Source: Tubulanus polymorphus
Taxonomy: Eukaryota > Animalia > Nemertea
DNA length: 64,000 nt
Assembly: GCF_964204645.1 (NCBI RefSeq)
Contig: NC_134028.1
Location: 12,633,263 to 12,697,262, forward strand
Direction: 5' to 3'
This document shows positions 37,453 through 50,413 of this stretch, piece after piece. The notes beneath the pieces were generated by a model. It worked only from the letters and a program-made list of their open reading frames with translations, had not been told where the DNA came from and made no database searches. The position numbers and the translations under genes are program-made. Numbering within the stretch: position 1 is the stretch's first letter; each line of letters opens with the position of its first letter.

Positions 37453-40400
37453 TAGGGCTCAGTCAATGTCATGACTCCTTACAAGTGCGTTCCGTTGCAC
37501 AATATCGTCCCCCCGTACAATCTCGCAGGATATCTCGCAACAACTAGTCTAGACCTCACATATCTTCAACCTCACAGTCTCGAACTAATAAAAACAAAAC
37601 CACGAATGATGCGACTCTCCTCTCCTCATGTTCCTTCTTCTTCAGACGTGCCCAGCTTCCAAAAACATAACAGACTCGCCATGTAGAAAATATATATACA
37701 ATAGCCATGTCATTAGGCCATTTATTAGGTCGATAAATACAGCATCAACAGGACATTTCCATAGTACAGGACTATGGAAAAATGCATACAAACTGCTCTC
37801 AACCTCGCTCTAAGAGGTTTAACCAATTATTATAAATACATGTATTGCGAAAATTGCAATAAAATATCATGGTGACAGATGGAAATCGCAAGTATCAGCT
37901 TCAATAGGCTATCAAAGCTGGAGAGAAAGTGATTAAGTTCACCCAGCTTCAGAGTTGAAGCAAGAAATGCTTCAGATGCTTTGAAATAAGGATCTCAGAT
38001 AGAAAGCTTCAAATCATGCTTTCAGACGACTGCCAAAGTAACTATTCAGCTAGGCTGTATAAAATTCAGCTAGGCTGATTGGTTGAAAAACCACAGCGAG
38101 GCTCAGCTCTGCACATAAATTATAGAAACAGGAATCGAACCCGCACGGATAATTATTATGAAAACCGCGAGAACTACGCGAATCGAAGCGAAAATAGAAG
38201 TCCCGCGACAGAAATAAAGGTAGATAAATCACTCAAATGTGAATCTATCCACCCCGCGCCTAAATGGTTTAATTAATACAACGCGACATTGCATAAGAAA
38301 GGAAGGCAAAGGAAGAGAGGGGAGGACACTGAAGCGAAAGAAAACAACAAATCAAATCAAAATCAATTTTCGCTACATAAGCCTCGAATTAATTTTCAAT
38401 TATATTTAACACTATTTACACAGTCTGTCATTTCGAACACGTTCACTAAGGTTCCCGGACAACGCGGAGTTCGGGACAAACACGGCGTCAGGGGGGACAA
38501 CCATGTCCGCCGAGGACAACGCGGCGTTCGCCGGGGACAAGACCCTGGACACCAATAAACCCGTGGACAATGTCGGGCAAATAACTATTTACAATGAATT
38601 AGCGCGGTCCGGGTGCCCGCACATTATGAGTTTTCCGGTTTGCTTGGCTACCCGTACTGGCGGGGTAGTCTAGAGAGGCCAGTGAAAACTCCGGTTTGCT
38701 GAACCACCCCTCTTTGCGGGGATGCGGTATGATGTTTGATCTGACAGTTTCAAGTGGTTAATGGCTGTTTCAAGTGCTTACAACGATGCTTATTACTTCA
38801 TGTGGTACATGGTGGTTTAAAAAAGATTTCGTAATAATACGCTCACCGCGTGGGCTTCGTAGAAAGACCACTACCTGTGAACTTCCCAAATTTTAATAGT
38901 CCTGTCCGATTTGGTTTCATCCAATTGAGAGACTGCCTTTTCCAGTTAGGGCATTTTTGGATCACGTCACTCCAGGAAATGACTTAACGCTTTTGGGCCC
39001 CTTCGTCGGTTCCACATGTTTCATTTGAGCTATAGACCACAATGGTGACACCATGATGGTCAGTAACTGACCAATTGAGATATCCCCGAGTCTGAACACT
39101 TGACTTCGAATTTCGCAAATTTATCATGTAATGTTTGTCTTCAAACTACTAAGGAATCATCATTGCAAATTCATCACTGACCACCAATGACCAATTCAAA
39201 CTTCTCGAATATGAAAACGATATACCGCGTTATGGTGTCAAACTAGAAAGGATTCGCCATTAAAATTCATAAATTGACCATCACTGACCACCACTGCCCA
39301 AGTGAAACTTCTCAAATATCGCGGTCGAATTCGTAAGTGCTTGTCGTCGTATTGCTATTTCTAGTAACCAGCAGAAAGTTTTGCTACTGTTTTCGAATGG
39401 CGTTGACATAATGGAAAATTATTACCCATAAATGGACACATCCGGATCACAGCACCTCATATGCCGCAGTGCGTTATTTTCACTGCATAGTAATGCTAAT
39501 ACATAAACTTTTTTACTACTTGACTCGAATCATCTGAACAGTACTGCGTTTGAAAACTCAACGAATAGAAAATGTTTGCGGGAAGCGCCTACAAATAAGT
39601 TATAGGCCTAATAAGATTAATTAATCGATGCATGAAAAACAATTAAATCTCAAGGTGACTAACACCCGTCTTTCAACCAATCTGCGCGATACCAATTAAT
39701 TAAATCATTAAACGCATTGGGTTCCTAATATTTGAAATCATGTGATACAATAGTTGTTCTTTAGACTTGGTCACCGAGGCATTAACCATTCCTTCAAGTT
39801 TTGAAAATTCGATGGTAACGCGGATTCTTCGCCTCTAAAAACTGTTTCGTTAATAGTTTTCTTTATATGAAAAGTGTTCATAGGAATTGAAATTTGGAGT
39901 GATACCAGTCACAGCTGTAACCCTTTTTCATTGTCAGTTCTTTTTTGGAATTCAAGTAGATTAGTGAAAATATCAATGATGAAGTTCACTCATTATATCA
40001 AGTACCGTTTTTACTGTCGCATGCTAGTCGAAACAAAAAGATCTATCCAACTGCATATCTTCAGGTATAAACTGTGATATCCTTCAGTATGTTATGAATA
40101 TCTTTGAAAATTTGTGTTCTAGTATAATACCCGAAGGTTTAACTATCGGACACATAAAAGATTCGCCATAATCAAAGTTTTTAAGAAAATCTTTCTTCGA
40201 GAAAGAAAGATCTTTAAAAGAACGATTGGCGTCAAACTAATCCATAATGGACTATTGTGAATTTATTGAATAATCCACCTGAGAAATTTAAAGATTTCGA
40301 AGCGAAATTTATTCATATAAATCAAAAATGCATGAATAACTTGACGTTATTTGCGGGTCACATGCGTGATTCGTTATAAACAAGGTTAAATTCCTAACGC

Positions 40401-40580
40401 ACATGAAATATGGAGCCTGTATCACACGATATACACATCTTGAATTTTCTCTAACTACGTAGGCCGTTTCCAAATGGGAATTGTTCAGTTTTTTAACGGC
40501 CGACATTCAGAGGCACCTAAAAAACCGGTTGTATAGCACTTGAGATTTACTGTGTAGGGCACATCTCACATCGACTCGGC

Positions 40581-41196
40581 AGTAATAGGGATAATAGGCT
40601 TTCATTCGAAAGGTCGAGCTCGTAAAAAAATGAAAATAATAATTATTTACAGTTGAATTAGTCGCGCACACTCCTAATTCAACATTAAATTATTATTATT
40701 TTCATTTTTTTACTCACTCGCCCCTTCAACCTTTGATATGAAAGCCTATTATCCCTATTACTCTTAAAATATTCATATACATGAATAACATTTAAATTGA
40801 CAGATTATTCAATATAAAAGTGTAAGCTCTTATAGAATAGATATATAGATATATTTACAACATTATTTCAATATTCATATTTGTATGAGTTAGATTTTTA
40901 AACATTAAAAGTGTTAGTAAAGTGTGATTGAAATAATACATGATATAAATCATTGAACTTCTAAAATCAATTTTTAAAAAAAATTTGATATTAAAATGGA
41001 AGCAAATAAGTACTACTGTCCAACATGTAATATCAATATAGATAAATCCCAAAAAGCAAGACACAATAAAACTAAAACACATTTAGAGAATAAATTGAAA
41101 CTAGAATATAAAGATGATATATTAGAAACTAAATTAGATGAATTAAAGAATGAAAAAGAAACATACAAATGTGATACATGTAATCAATCATTCAGT
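40581..41196. repeat. Polinton left TIR (begins with a 182-bp hairpin and includes the polB 5' end)
   Basis: Reverse complement of 59809-60430. Confidence 0.93.
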
Positions 41197-44100
41197 GATA
41201 AAAGATATTATAATGAACATTTAAAATCTAAAAGTCATATTAGAAATATGAATAATGATATTTTAGGTGAAGATTATTTTGATAAAGATAATGATAAGAA
41301 ACAGAAGACAATTAAAAGCATAAAAAATAAATTAAACAATAAAAGACCATACATGGAAGATGTAAGAAATTATATTAATTCATTAGATAATAAAAAAGAT
41401 ATAGAGATAACCGAAGCATTTAAAAGTGATATTGGTCCAGCAGCTATCGAGTTTAAATTTCATAAAGGAAAAACATTAGAAGAAAATAAAAAACATTTAG
41501 AAAATATGAAAGATATTATAAAAATAATTACTGATGTTGAATATCCTAAAATAAGTATATCAGTTAAAGTAAAGTTTATAAAATCTGAAGATAAACCAAT
41601 ATATAATATAAATTCTCATTCACAACATATTATATCTAAACAACATATAGATGATAAATTAGATAAATGTTATAATGAAGTAAAAACTAAAATAGAAGAG
41701 AAATATTTTGAAGGATCTGGTTTAATATTTGATGAAATAATATTTATGACTACATGTTTATAACACAAAATATAATAAGTTAACTAAATCAAAACCAATT
41801 GATGAAAATAATGTATCATATTATAAAGAACCAGATATTGAAGCATTGAGTTATATTAAACTACCATTTAAAACTAATGCTGTTATAAATGTACAAAATG
41901 AAGATGATAAATGTTTTCTATGGGCTATAATAAGTTGTTTACATCCAACAGAAGATATTACACATAGTTGTAGATTAACTCATTATAAACCATTTGAAAA
42001 TAATTATAAGATAGATAAGTATCCTGTTATAATTAAAAACATCCCAAAAATAGAAAGAGATAATAATTTAAGAATAAATGTATTTGATTTAATCAAATTA
42101 CCAAATACAAAAGGTAACAATATAAAACATTATACATTAGAACCTTTATATCTATCAAAAAATTATGATTCAAACGATGTTATAAATATATTATATTATG
42201 AGAATCATTATATGTGGATTAAACAAATAGATTTATTCTTTAGAACAGAAAGTGATCACCATAATAAAATATATCTATGTAGAAAATGTTTACATAGATT
42301 CAGTAATGAAAGTACATTATTAAATCATAAACAATTATGTGAAAATCATGATTATTGTAAATTAGTTTTACCAAATGAAAAAGATAAAATATTAGAATTA
42401 AAAAAATATGATTACAAAAATAAAGTACCATTTGTTATATATGGAGATTTTGAATCATTAAATAAAGAATTAACTGATCAAGATAGAAAAGAAATATATT
42501 AAAAAAGAAAGAAATTAAATTCTAATGAAAATGATTTTTCAGATGAACCACCAAAAACAAATACTATTAAAAAGATTCATCAATCAGCTGCAGCTTTCGG
42601 GTTATATATTAAATCTGATTATCCAGAACTAATTGAAAGTGAATATTATGATTATAGAAATGAAAATGTTATCAATCATTTTTGTGACTTATTAATTGAA
42701 TATGAAATAAGGTTTAGTAAATTATTGAATACAAATATAGAAATTATAATGACAGAAGAAGATAAAGAAGAATTTGCGTTTGCAGATAAATGTTATTATT
42801 GTGAAAAGATATTTAATTATAAAGATAAAAAAGTAAGAGACCATGATGATTTGAATGGAAAGTTTAGAGGCGCCGCACATGAGAATTGTAACTTACAAGC
42901 TAAGAAAATTAATTTTGTACCAGTTATATTTCATAATCTATCAGGATAAGATGCACATTTATTTATCAAACAGTTATGCCATAAAATAGAAGAAATCAAT
43001 AATGAAATAAAAAGATTAAATTCAAATAGATCAAAAGATAAAATACCAACTTATAAATTTAGAATGTTAGCTAAAACATCTGAGAATTATATATCATTCC
43101 AATTTGGGTGTTTCAGATTTATAGATTCATATAGATTTTTAAATAGTTCATTAGATAACTTATCAAAATCATTAGTTGATGATGAATTAAAAATATTAAA
43201 GCAACACTACCCAAATAATGATGATTTTCAATTAATGAGATATAAAGGAGCAATTCCATATTCATTTTATAAATCACATAATGATTTTAACATAACTGAA
43301 TTATTAAAAGAACAATTCTATGATGAATTAAAAAATGAATATGTTAAAGATGAAGTATATAATAGAACATTGAATATTTGGAATCATTTCAAAATAGAAA
43401 ATCATGGACAATTAGTAGATTCATATCTAAAATCAGATGTATTATTATTAACCGATATATTCGAAAGGTTTAGAGATGTAAACCTAAAATATTTCAATAT
43501 TGATCCTTGTCATTGTTATTCAAGTCCAGGATTAACATGGGATTGTGGATTAAAATTTACAGATATAAAAATGGATTTGTTAACAAATATAGATCAATTA
43601 CTATTATTTGAAAAATCTATAAGAGGAGGAGTTTCAGGTGTATTAGGTGATAGATATTTCAATGTAAATGATAACCCTGGATACAAGTTATTATATATAG
43701 ATGCAAATAATTTGTATGGTTGGGCAATGATGGAACCACAACCTTATGGAGTATTTGAAATAAGTGAAGTTTTACAGAATGAAAATAATGACAAATTTGA
43801 TTGGAAGAAAAGAATTCTAGATATTGCAGATGATTCAGATACTGGTTACTTTTTTGTTGTAGATTTAGAATATCCTGAACATATTAGATTTAAATCTAGA
43901 AATCTAGCTTACTGTCCCGAACATAAAACTGTAACTCATGAAGAATTATCAAATTACCAAAAAAGAATTAAACCCGAAAATCATATTCATACAGAAAAGT
44001 TAATGGTAACTCAAGAAGATAAATATAATTATGTAGTACATTATAGAATGTTAAAGTTTTATCTAAAACAAGGAATGATCCTAAAAAAAGTACATAGATA

Positions 44101-45030
44101 TATTTCATTTAGTCAATCTAAGTGGTTAGAAAAATATATAGATTTAACACCAAACAGAGAACTGAAGCTAAAACTGATTTCGAAAAAGATTTCTTCAAGT
44201 TAATGAATAATGCATTCTATGGTAAGACTTGTGAAAATATTAGAAATAGAAATGATATTGAGTTAGTTAGTAATGGTAAAAGAATTAGACATTTACAAAC
44301 ATATCCTAAGTTCATTGGTAACAGAATATTTAATGAAAATTTAGCTGCTGTTAAAATGAGAAGAACATCAATGAAATTTAATAAACCAATCTATGTTGGC
44401 GCTTCAGTTCTAGAATTATCAAAATTACTAATGTATGAATTCTATTATAATGTATTACAACCACTTTTTGGAGAAAAACATATAGAAATATTATATTTTG
44501 ATACCGATTCTTACATATTAAAGATAAAAACTGATAACATAACTAATGATTTAAAAACATTAAAACATTTTGATTTTAGTAATTATCCTAAAGATCATGA
44601 ATTGTTTAGCAATGGTAATAAAAAAGTTCCCGGTAAATTCAAAGATGAATTAGGTGGTGAAGAAATGATTGAATTCATTGGTATTAGATCTAAAATGTAT
44701 TCATATAAAACTAAAGAACATGAATCTAAAAAGTTAAAAGGAATAACCAAAAATGTAGTAGAAAAGAATATTCATTTCAAAGATTACATCAATTGTATAT
44801 TCAATGAAGAAGTTAGAAAACATAAGATGAGATGTTTAAGATCTGAAGATCATGAAATGTTTATTGAAGAAATTGAAAAGATAAGTCTAAACCCATTTGA
44901 TGATAAAAGATATATTTTAGATGATGGAATTCATACAGTTGCTTATGGATGTAATTTAGATGAATACTTAAAATTTAAAAGAGAAGAAACAAAAGAGAAC
45001 GAGATAATGAAAAGAATTCTAACGTGTTAA
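40996..45030 (+). pseudogene. polB: Protein-primed family B DNA polymerase (frameshifts and stops)
   Basis: Pieces 40996-41763, 41846-42502, 42725-42949, 43064-44203 and 44122-45030; N-terminal C2H2 fingers; NVQNEDDKCFLW; Exo motifs YGDFES and FHNLSG*D; EndoVII-like CYYC..VRDH....G.FRGAAH..CN; Pol motifs YIDANNLYG, KLMNNAFYGK, YFDTDS. Confidence 0.95.
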
Positions 45031-45059
45031 TCAAATTTTAATAAAAATATGTATTATAA

Positions 45060-45401
45060 ATGGAGAGTAAACAAGCAAACAGTGAGAACAACAAATTAAT
45101 TCTAGATAGAATTAAAGATATCACAAATGTAAAATCTGTAGATTATAAATTCAAAAAGTTAACAGAATTAACAATTCATAAGAAATATCTAATTACAAAT
45201 ATTGATACAGTTACTAATAACTATGGAGATAAATTAGTTATACACTTAGAATATGAAGGATTAAAAGGAAATACGTATAAATTCAGAACATATTTACCGG
45301 ATAGATTTCATAGATTATCAAGCGAAGACTTAGAAGAATTATGTTCTGGAGATTTCTATTTCGTATACAAAGTAAGAATGAAAAAGGGCACCATGAAATA
45401 G
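45060..45401 (+). CDS. Polinton hypothetical protein (113 aa, possible OB-fold)
   Basis: Open ORF with TAAATG start; beta-strand pattern KY.IT.I..V...YG..LVI.L...YLP; the fold is my inference. Confidence 0.65.
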   Translation: MESKQANSENNKLILDRIKDITNVKSVDYKFKKLTELTIHKKYLITNIDTVTNNYGDKLVIHLEYEGLKGNTYKFRTYLPDRFHRLSSEDLEELCSGDFYFVYKVRMKKGTMK

Positions 45402-45429
45402 ATTTCGAATAAGAAAATATGTAAAATAA

Positions 45430-46188
45430 ATGGCGGAATTAAAAGAATACAGAATATTTGTTGATTCTAGAAGGCTTACAAATTATAAATCTCATAATTT
45501 ACTAGTACAATTAGATAGAGAATTTAAGATTTGTGTAGATTTAAAATTAGTTAATATAAGTTTATGTAATTCTTTTTATAATATATCGGATAAAACTATT
45601 GATCATAATGCTTTTATGATTCATATTAGAAATGTAAATAAATGGTTTCACCTAATTTTAAAACCAGGATTATATAATTTAGAAACACTAGCTCAAGAAA
45701 TTAATAGAAGAGCACGGTTGAAAATTAGAAGTGAAGATAAATTTTTAATTAGAATTATAAAAAGTGATAGCACAAATAAAATTAAAATAAAGGTATATGA
45801 TGAAAGTCAACATGCATTTATAGTGAGAAAACCTATAGCTAAACTGTTAGGAATTGTACCAGATACTGTTACAGGAAACGTAGATGGTAATTCAAATATA
45901 ATACCTTTTACACACTTTTATATTTATTGCAATTTAATCAAGCCTACAAAAACTTTCGAAGCAACTAAAGAAACAATTTGTAGTTCTAGTATACTAAATA
46001 TTTTACCGCTAAAAAATGTTAAACAATTTGGAACTCAAATAAATTATAATTTAACTGAATGTGATTTTAAACCTTGCATTCCTAAATTTAATAATTTTAA
46101 ATTAGAAATAAGAAATCATAATGGACATTTAATTGATTTGAATAACTTTCCTGTAATTTATGAATTAGTTATAAGATGTAGAGAGTAA
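45430..46188 (+). CDS. Minor capsid protein (penton)
   Basis: IFVDS, NSFYNI, PGLY, LLG, YIYCNL, SIL..LP, IR...G.LIDLN pattern typical of Polinton single jelly-roll pentons. Confidence 0.75.
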   Translation: MAELKEYRIFVDSRRLTNYKSHNLLVQLDREFKICVDLKLVNISLCNSFYNISDKTIDHNAFMIHIRNVNKWFHLILKPGLYNLETLAQEINRRARLKIRSEDKFLIRIIKSDSTNKIKIKVYDESQHAFIVRKPIAKLLGIVPDTVTGNVDGNSNIIPFTHFYIYCNLIKPTKTFEATKETICSSSILNILPLKNVKQFGTQINYNLTECDFKPCIPKFNNFKLEIRNHNGHLIDLNNFPVIYELVIRCRE

Positions 46189-46204
46189 TTTTTTCACTAT
46201 ATAA

Positions 46205-46561
46205 ATGAATATAACTGTTGGGCCGAGTATATGTTTTGGGTTTGATTTTAAACGTGAGAAAGAAATGAAATTTAACGTTAATGATGTAATTACACATATC
46301 AAAAATATTGCAATTTCTAATGAAACAACATTTGAGTATGAAACAACAATAGATAAAGAAACTTTTAATGTAGAAAAGATTACTAATTTAATTAGAGAAT
46401 CTTTAAGATTTTATGAATTAGATGAAGATTTTATCATCGATGATATTAAAAGAATAATAATTGAAATATATACAAATGAAACTAGTAATGAAATAAATGT
46501 TGAATTAATCATCACTAAGATAACTAAATATTTTGAAGATAGTAATTTTTTTGATAAATAA
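46205..46561 (+). CDS. Polinton hypothetical protein (118 aa, acidic)
   Basis: Open ORF with T-tract + TAAATG start. Confidence 0.65.
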   Translation: MNITVGPSICFGFDFKREKEMKFNVNDVITHIKNIAISNETTFEYETTIDKETFNVEKITNLIRESLRFYELDEDFIIDDIKRIIIEIYTNETSNEINVELIITKITKYFEDSNFFDK

Positions 46562-46783
46562 ATGAGTGATAATAAGTGGATAATAACTGGATTATATAAT
46601 GGAGCATTACTATCAGTTGGAACTGTTGGTTATTCAATGGTATTAAAAAAAGTATTTAAAATGGGAAGTGTCAATGTTGATAGATTTGATATAAATGATA
46701 TTTTAAAATTAACATTAGCAGTTACTTTATCTAATTTAACTATTGATTATTTAGAAAAACAAAAATATATTCCTCCCATATAA
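46562..46783 (+). CDS. Small hydrophobic protein (73 aa)
   Basis: Open ORF; two hydrophobic/amphipathic helices; TAAATG start. Confidence 0.7.
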   Translation: MSDNKWIITGLYNGALLSVGTVGYSMVLKKVFKMGSVNVDRFDINDILKLTLAVTLSNLTIDYLEKQKYIPPI

Positions 46784-46807
46784 ATGCATAATTATTTTAC
46801 TAAATAA

Positions 46808-47230
46808 ATGGCTTCTGCAATTATAACTACTATAGGATCGGCAATTGTTAACGCTTTAGCATTTACTGGTGGCGGTTATTTATTTAAGCATATTGATAAA
46901 AATAGTTCATTAGGAGAACAAAGAAGACATAACTTAGCATTAGAGAAATATAATAAAGCAGCAGAAGAATATAGAGAAAAAAGGCAAAACTATATGGATT
47001 ATATTAACAAGGAATTATATGATCAGAAGATTTCACATAGAGATTTTCAATCAGTTGATGATGCAATGAGTTTATATAACGCAGTAACCAATAAAGAAAA
47101 ATTACATCTATACAAACCTAAATTATCAGATTATTATACTCCAAGTAATGAACAGAAGAAATATGAAATAATATGGATTTTAGGTGGAACAGTTATTGTT
47201 ATATTTGTTGCTTATAAGTTTACTAATTAG
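46808..47230 (+). CDS. Membrane-anchored protein (140 aa)
   Basis: Hydrophobic N-terminus, coiled middle, C-terminal TM IIWILGGTVIVIFVAY. Confidence 0.75.
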   Translation: MASAIITTIGSAIVNALAFTGGGYLFKHIDKNSSLGEQRRHNLALEKYNKAAEEYREKRQNYMDYINKELYDQKISHRDFQSVDDAMSLYNAVTNKEKLHLYKPKLSDYYTPSNEQKKYEIIWILGGTVIVIFVAYKFTN

Positions 47231-47250
47231 TAATTTTTTTTGCTAAATAA

Positions 47251-47649
47251 ATGGAAGATAAAGTTGATAATATTGATATTATTCCTCATGATATAAATAA
47301 AACCAAATTAAAAACATATTTAGAAAAACAAATATTAGAATTTGAAAGTGACTTAAAGATAAAAAAGAAAAAATATTTAAAAAGTAAAATTATATATTAT
47401 CTTATTATTAGTGGTTCGGTTACAATTAGTTCTGTAATACCATTTCTAGCAATATTCAGTCCATTAACACCTTTAGCTATATCAATTGGCGTATTAGGAT
47501 TAAGTTCAAGTGTATTAACTGGTATAAGTTCAAAATTAAATATAAAAAGTAATAAAGAAAAAATTATAACTAATATAAAAGAAATTAATAAATTAAAGAA
47601 TACACTAACTAGATTATATAATAAGTTTAAATGGTCATATAACAGTTGA
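47251..47649 (+). CDS. Two-TM protein (132+ aa, probable C-terminal frameshift)
   Basis: Two hydrophobic segments flanked by basic coiled regions. Confidence 0.7.
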   Translation: MEDKVDNIDIIPHDINKTKLKTYLEKQILEFESDLKIKKKKYLKSKIIYYLIISGSVTISSVIPFLAIFSPLTPLAISIGVLGLSSSVLTGISSKLNIKSNKEKIITNIKEINKLKNTLTRLYNKFKWSYNS

Positions 47650-47705
47650 AGAACAAGATAAATTACTAAAAGAATTAATGAATTATTAATTTTTTAACTA
47701 TATAA

Positions 47706-49059
47706 ATGGCAGATAGTTTTCCAAAAGCTTTCCAATATGATAAATCAATTAAATATAATATTCCAGCAATAGATTTTAATAAAGATATTACATATAGAAA
47801 TGAAGTTTTAAATTCATTAATTGATTTATATATTTATGTTACTGAAAGTAATAATTTTCATGTAAAGATGGAAAATATATTTCATGTGTATACAATTAAT
47901 TTCAAAAATTTAAATGAGGCAAAACAATGGTTATTAAAATCTAATATGAAGTATTGGCAGAACCAATTAAATTTTGCTGTTTATTGCGCAACAACAGGAT
48001 GTGGAATTAGTTGGAATGATCATTTAAACAAACCAAGTTTACCATTGATGTTATCACTTTTTAGATTTCATACATATTTTCAAACAAAATTAATATTAGA
48101 TGAATTAGAATGTCCTTTATCAGGTTCAAAATATTTTAAAGAATTGAATAATAATATTAATTTTTCTAAGTTTTATAAAATATGTAATGAATTTAATATT
48201 AATTCAAATAAAGATTTTAGAGCAAAAATTGGAACAATGGGTGGATTAGGAATATTATATACTAAAGAGTTTGGAAAAATAATGACAAATTCAGATATAA
48301 GAACACTAAATTGGAATGAATTACCAAAATATTATAATAATATACAACAACAAAACAATAATGGTTGGGTTAATTTCATTTTAGAAAATAGTGAAGGTTT
48401 TACTAACGCTGGAATACAAAGAATAAATCAATCTATTAGAACTTATTTAATTTGTATTTTAGGTGCGCAAGTTGAAACAAGATCCCCAATAATTGGAAAT
48501 GATAACACTTCATTCGATGCGCAGAAACAATTCAAAGTATTATTCGAAGATTCAATTCATAATGATAAAAATAGATCGATTCCGGAAAACATTGTAAGAT
48601 ATCAAAATTATTTAGATAAATCACATATTAGACTAAATTATTGTATAGGCCCTAATCTATTTATTATTTCTAATGATTTAGTATTAAAGATGGGAAACAT
48701 AATTGGTTATAATAATCTAATTAAAACTGCAACAATCAATAATTCATTTGGATTAAATGATATAAATAAAAAGATTATCACTGCTCCAAAATTAATGGAA
48801 GGTGAAAAAAATAAAAAAACACATTCAATCAACTGAAACTAAAACTAATAATATTAAATTAAATAATGATTCTAAAATAAAAGATTACAATACATCAGAA
48901 AATATAAAAACTGATAATGGTGCCGTATGCCACCCACACGGTGATATTCAACATGATATAATTAAACTAAATGATGATAATAAATCCCATGAAAATACTA
49001 AATTAGCTATAACTTGTATAGGAATTGTAATCGGAGGAATATTATATTTTAAATTTTAA
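47706..49059 (+). CDS. Polinton protein of unknown function with C-terminal TM (frameshift near 48810)
   Basis: 376-aa ORF (WQNQLNFAVYCATTGCG, ILGAQ) continued by 48802-49059, which ends in LAITCIGIVIGGILYF. Confidence 0.7.
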
Positions 49060-49677
49060 TTTTTTATTATGTAAATGGCAGAAGGTGGAGAAGATTATAA
49101 AATGGAAGGCATGGGAAATAATAATGAAGGATATATTGATGATGATTATAATGATGCAGAAACTAATATTGATAATGATGATGAATCAGCATATAATTCT
49201 AATTTAGCAGATTGTGGTTCTAAAGGCCAATCAACAGATGAATTTGATAGAAGAACTAGATCGAGAATACCTCCTGAAAATGAAAATCCAGATTTAGTAA
49301 AACAAAATTTAGAATATAATGAATATATTTATAATTTCAAACCTATATTTGAAAAATCTGGATATAATATAAATGCCAGAGGCGCTAGACTTTTAGTACA
49401 AGAATTAAAATCTTTAGATGGTGAATATTATTATCATTTGAAAGATGATTATAATATTGATATCTCTTATAAAAAACATAGAAAAAATATTAGCAGAATC
49501 AACTTTGCTTAAGTTAGACCTATCTAGAATTAAAAGAATAAGAAATAGTAATGAACCAGAAGATGTAACACAAAAAGAAATTATTAAAAATGAAAGAGTA
49601 TTTAAACAAAGAATTAATAAATTATTTGAAACAATCGATAATAATTTAGAAACAGAAACAACTTCTGAACAGAATAT

Positions 49678-50333
49678 GGCATTCCTTTACTTTCGCACCG
49701 CACTATGTTCCACTCTGTCTACGTCCTTCAAACTTGTGTCACTGGTGTATTTTTGTATGAGGAATCTTATGGTGAAGTCCGTTTTTTAATATCTCCAACA
49801 GAAAATAAAATTCGCTTTTTTTTCACAGGTGATGGTCATCTCGTCAGCAATTATTTTTTGGTTGTGTTAAAAAGTCGTAATAGGATCAATTCATTTCAAT
49901 TGATTTTATTGATACAGAAAAGTATGAAAAATATTTCAAGTATTCAACATCTAACAAATAATGTTTGTAAATGTGTAACGTTGTTCATAAAATCCTAAGA
50001 ATAAATTTACAATTTTCCATAAATAGGTTGTTTTTCTTTTTGATATGGGAAAGTCACACGGGCGGCTACTGGGATCCTGGGCATCTCTGTCGGTAGTTAG
50101 TAAGACCGGAGGCCATAGTCCGACTTTTACTGATTCCCAACATGGCGACCATTTGCAGCACGTAAAAACTGGAGGAAGAAAATTTTATAAAAAAGCGAAT
50201 TTTATTTTCTGTTGAGAGATATTAAAAAACGGACTTCACCATAAGATTCCCCATACAAAAATACACCAGTGACATAAGTTTGAAGGACGTAGACAGAGTG
50301 GAACATAGTGCGGTGCGAAAGTAAAGGAATGCC
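49678..50333. mobile_element. MITE with ~140-bp TIRs and 8-bp TSD (Merlin/MULE-like)
   Basis: GGCATTCCTTTACTTTCGCACC... TIRs; TSD CAGAATAT at 49670-49677 and 50334-50341. Confidence 0.9.
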
Positions 50334-50413
50334 CAGAATATAACTTCCAAAACTAGTAAACTTAAATCAAATAAAGTTCCAATTGAAAAACTTTTACCAA
50401 ATGGATTACTTGA

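Noticed and set aside
39030-39310. Similarity, inverted, to 62580-62870, suggesting an outer element enclosing the Polinton
   Set aside because: Highly diverged, with no defined ends or TSD; more likely two copies of a dispersed repeat
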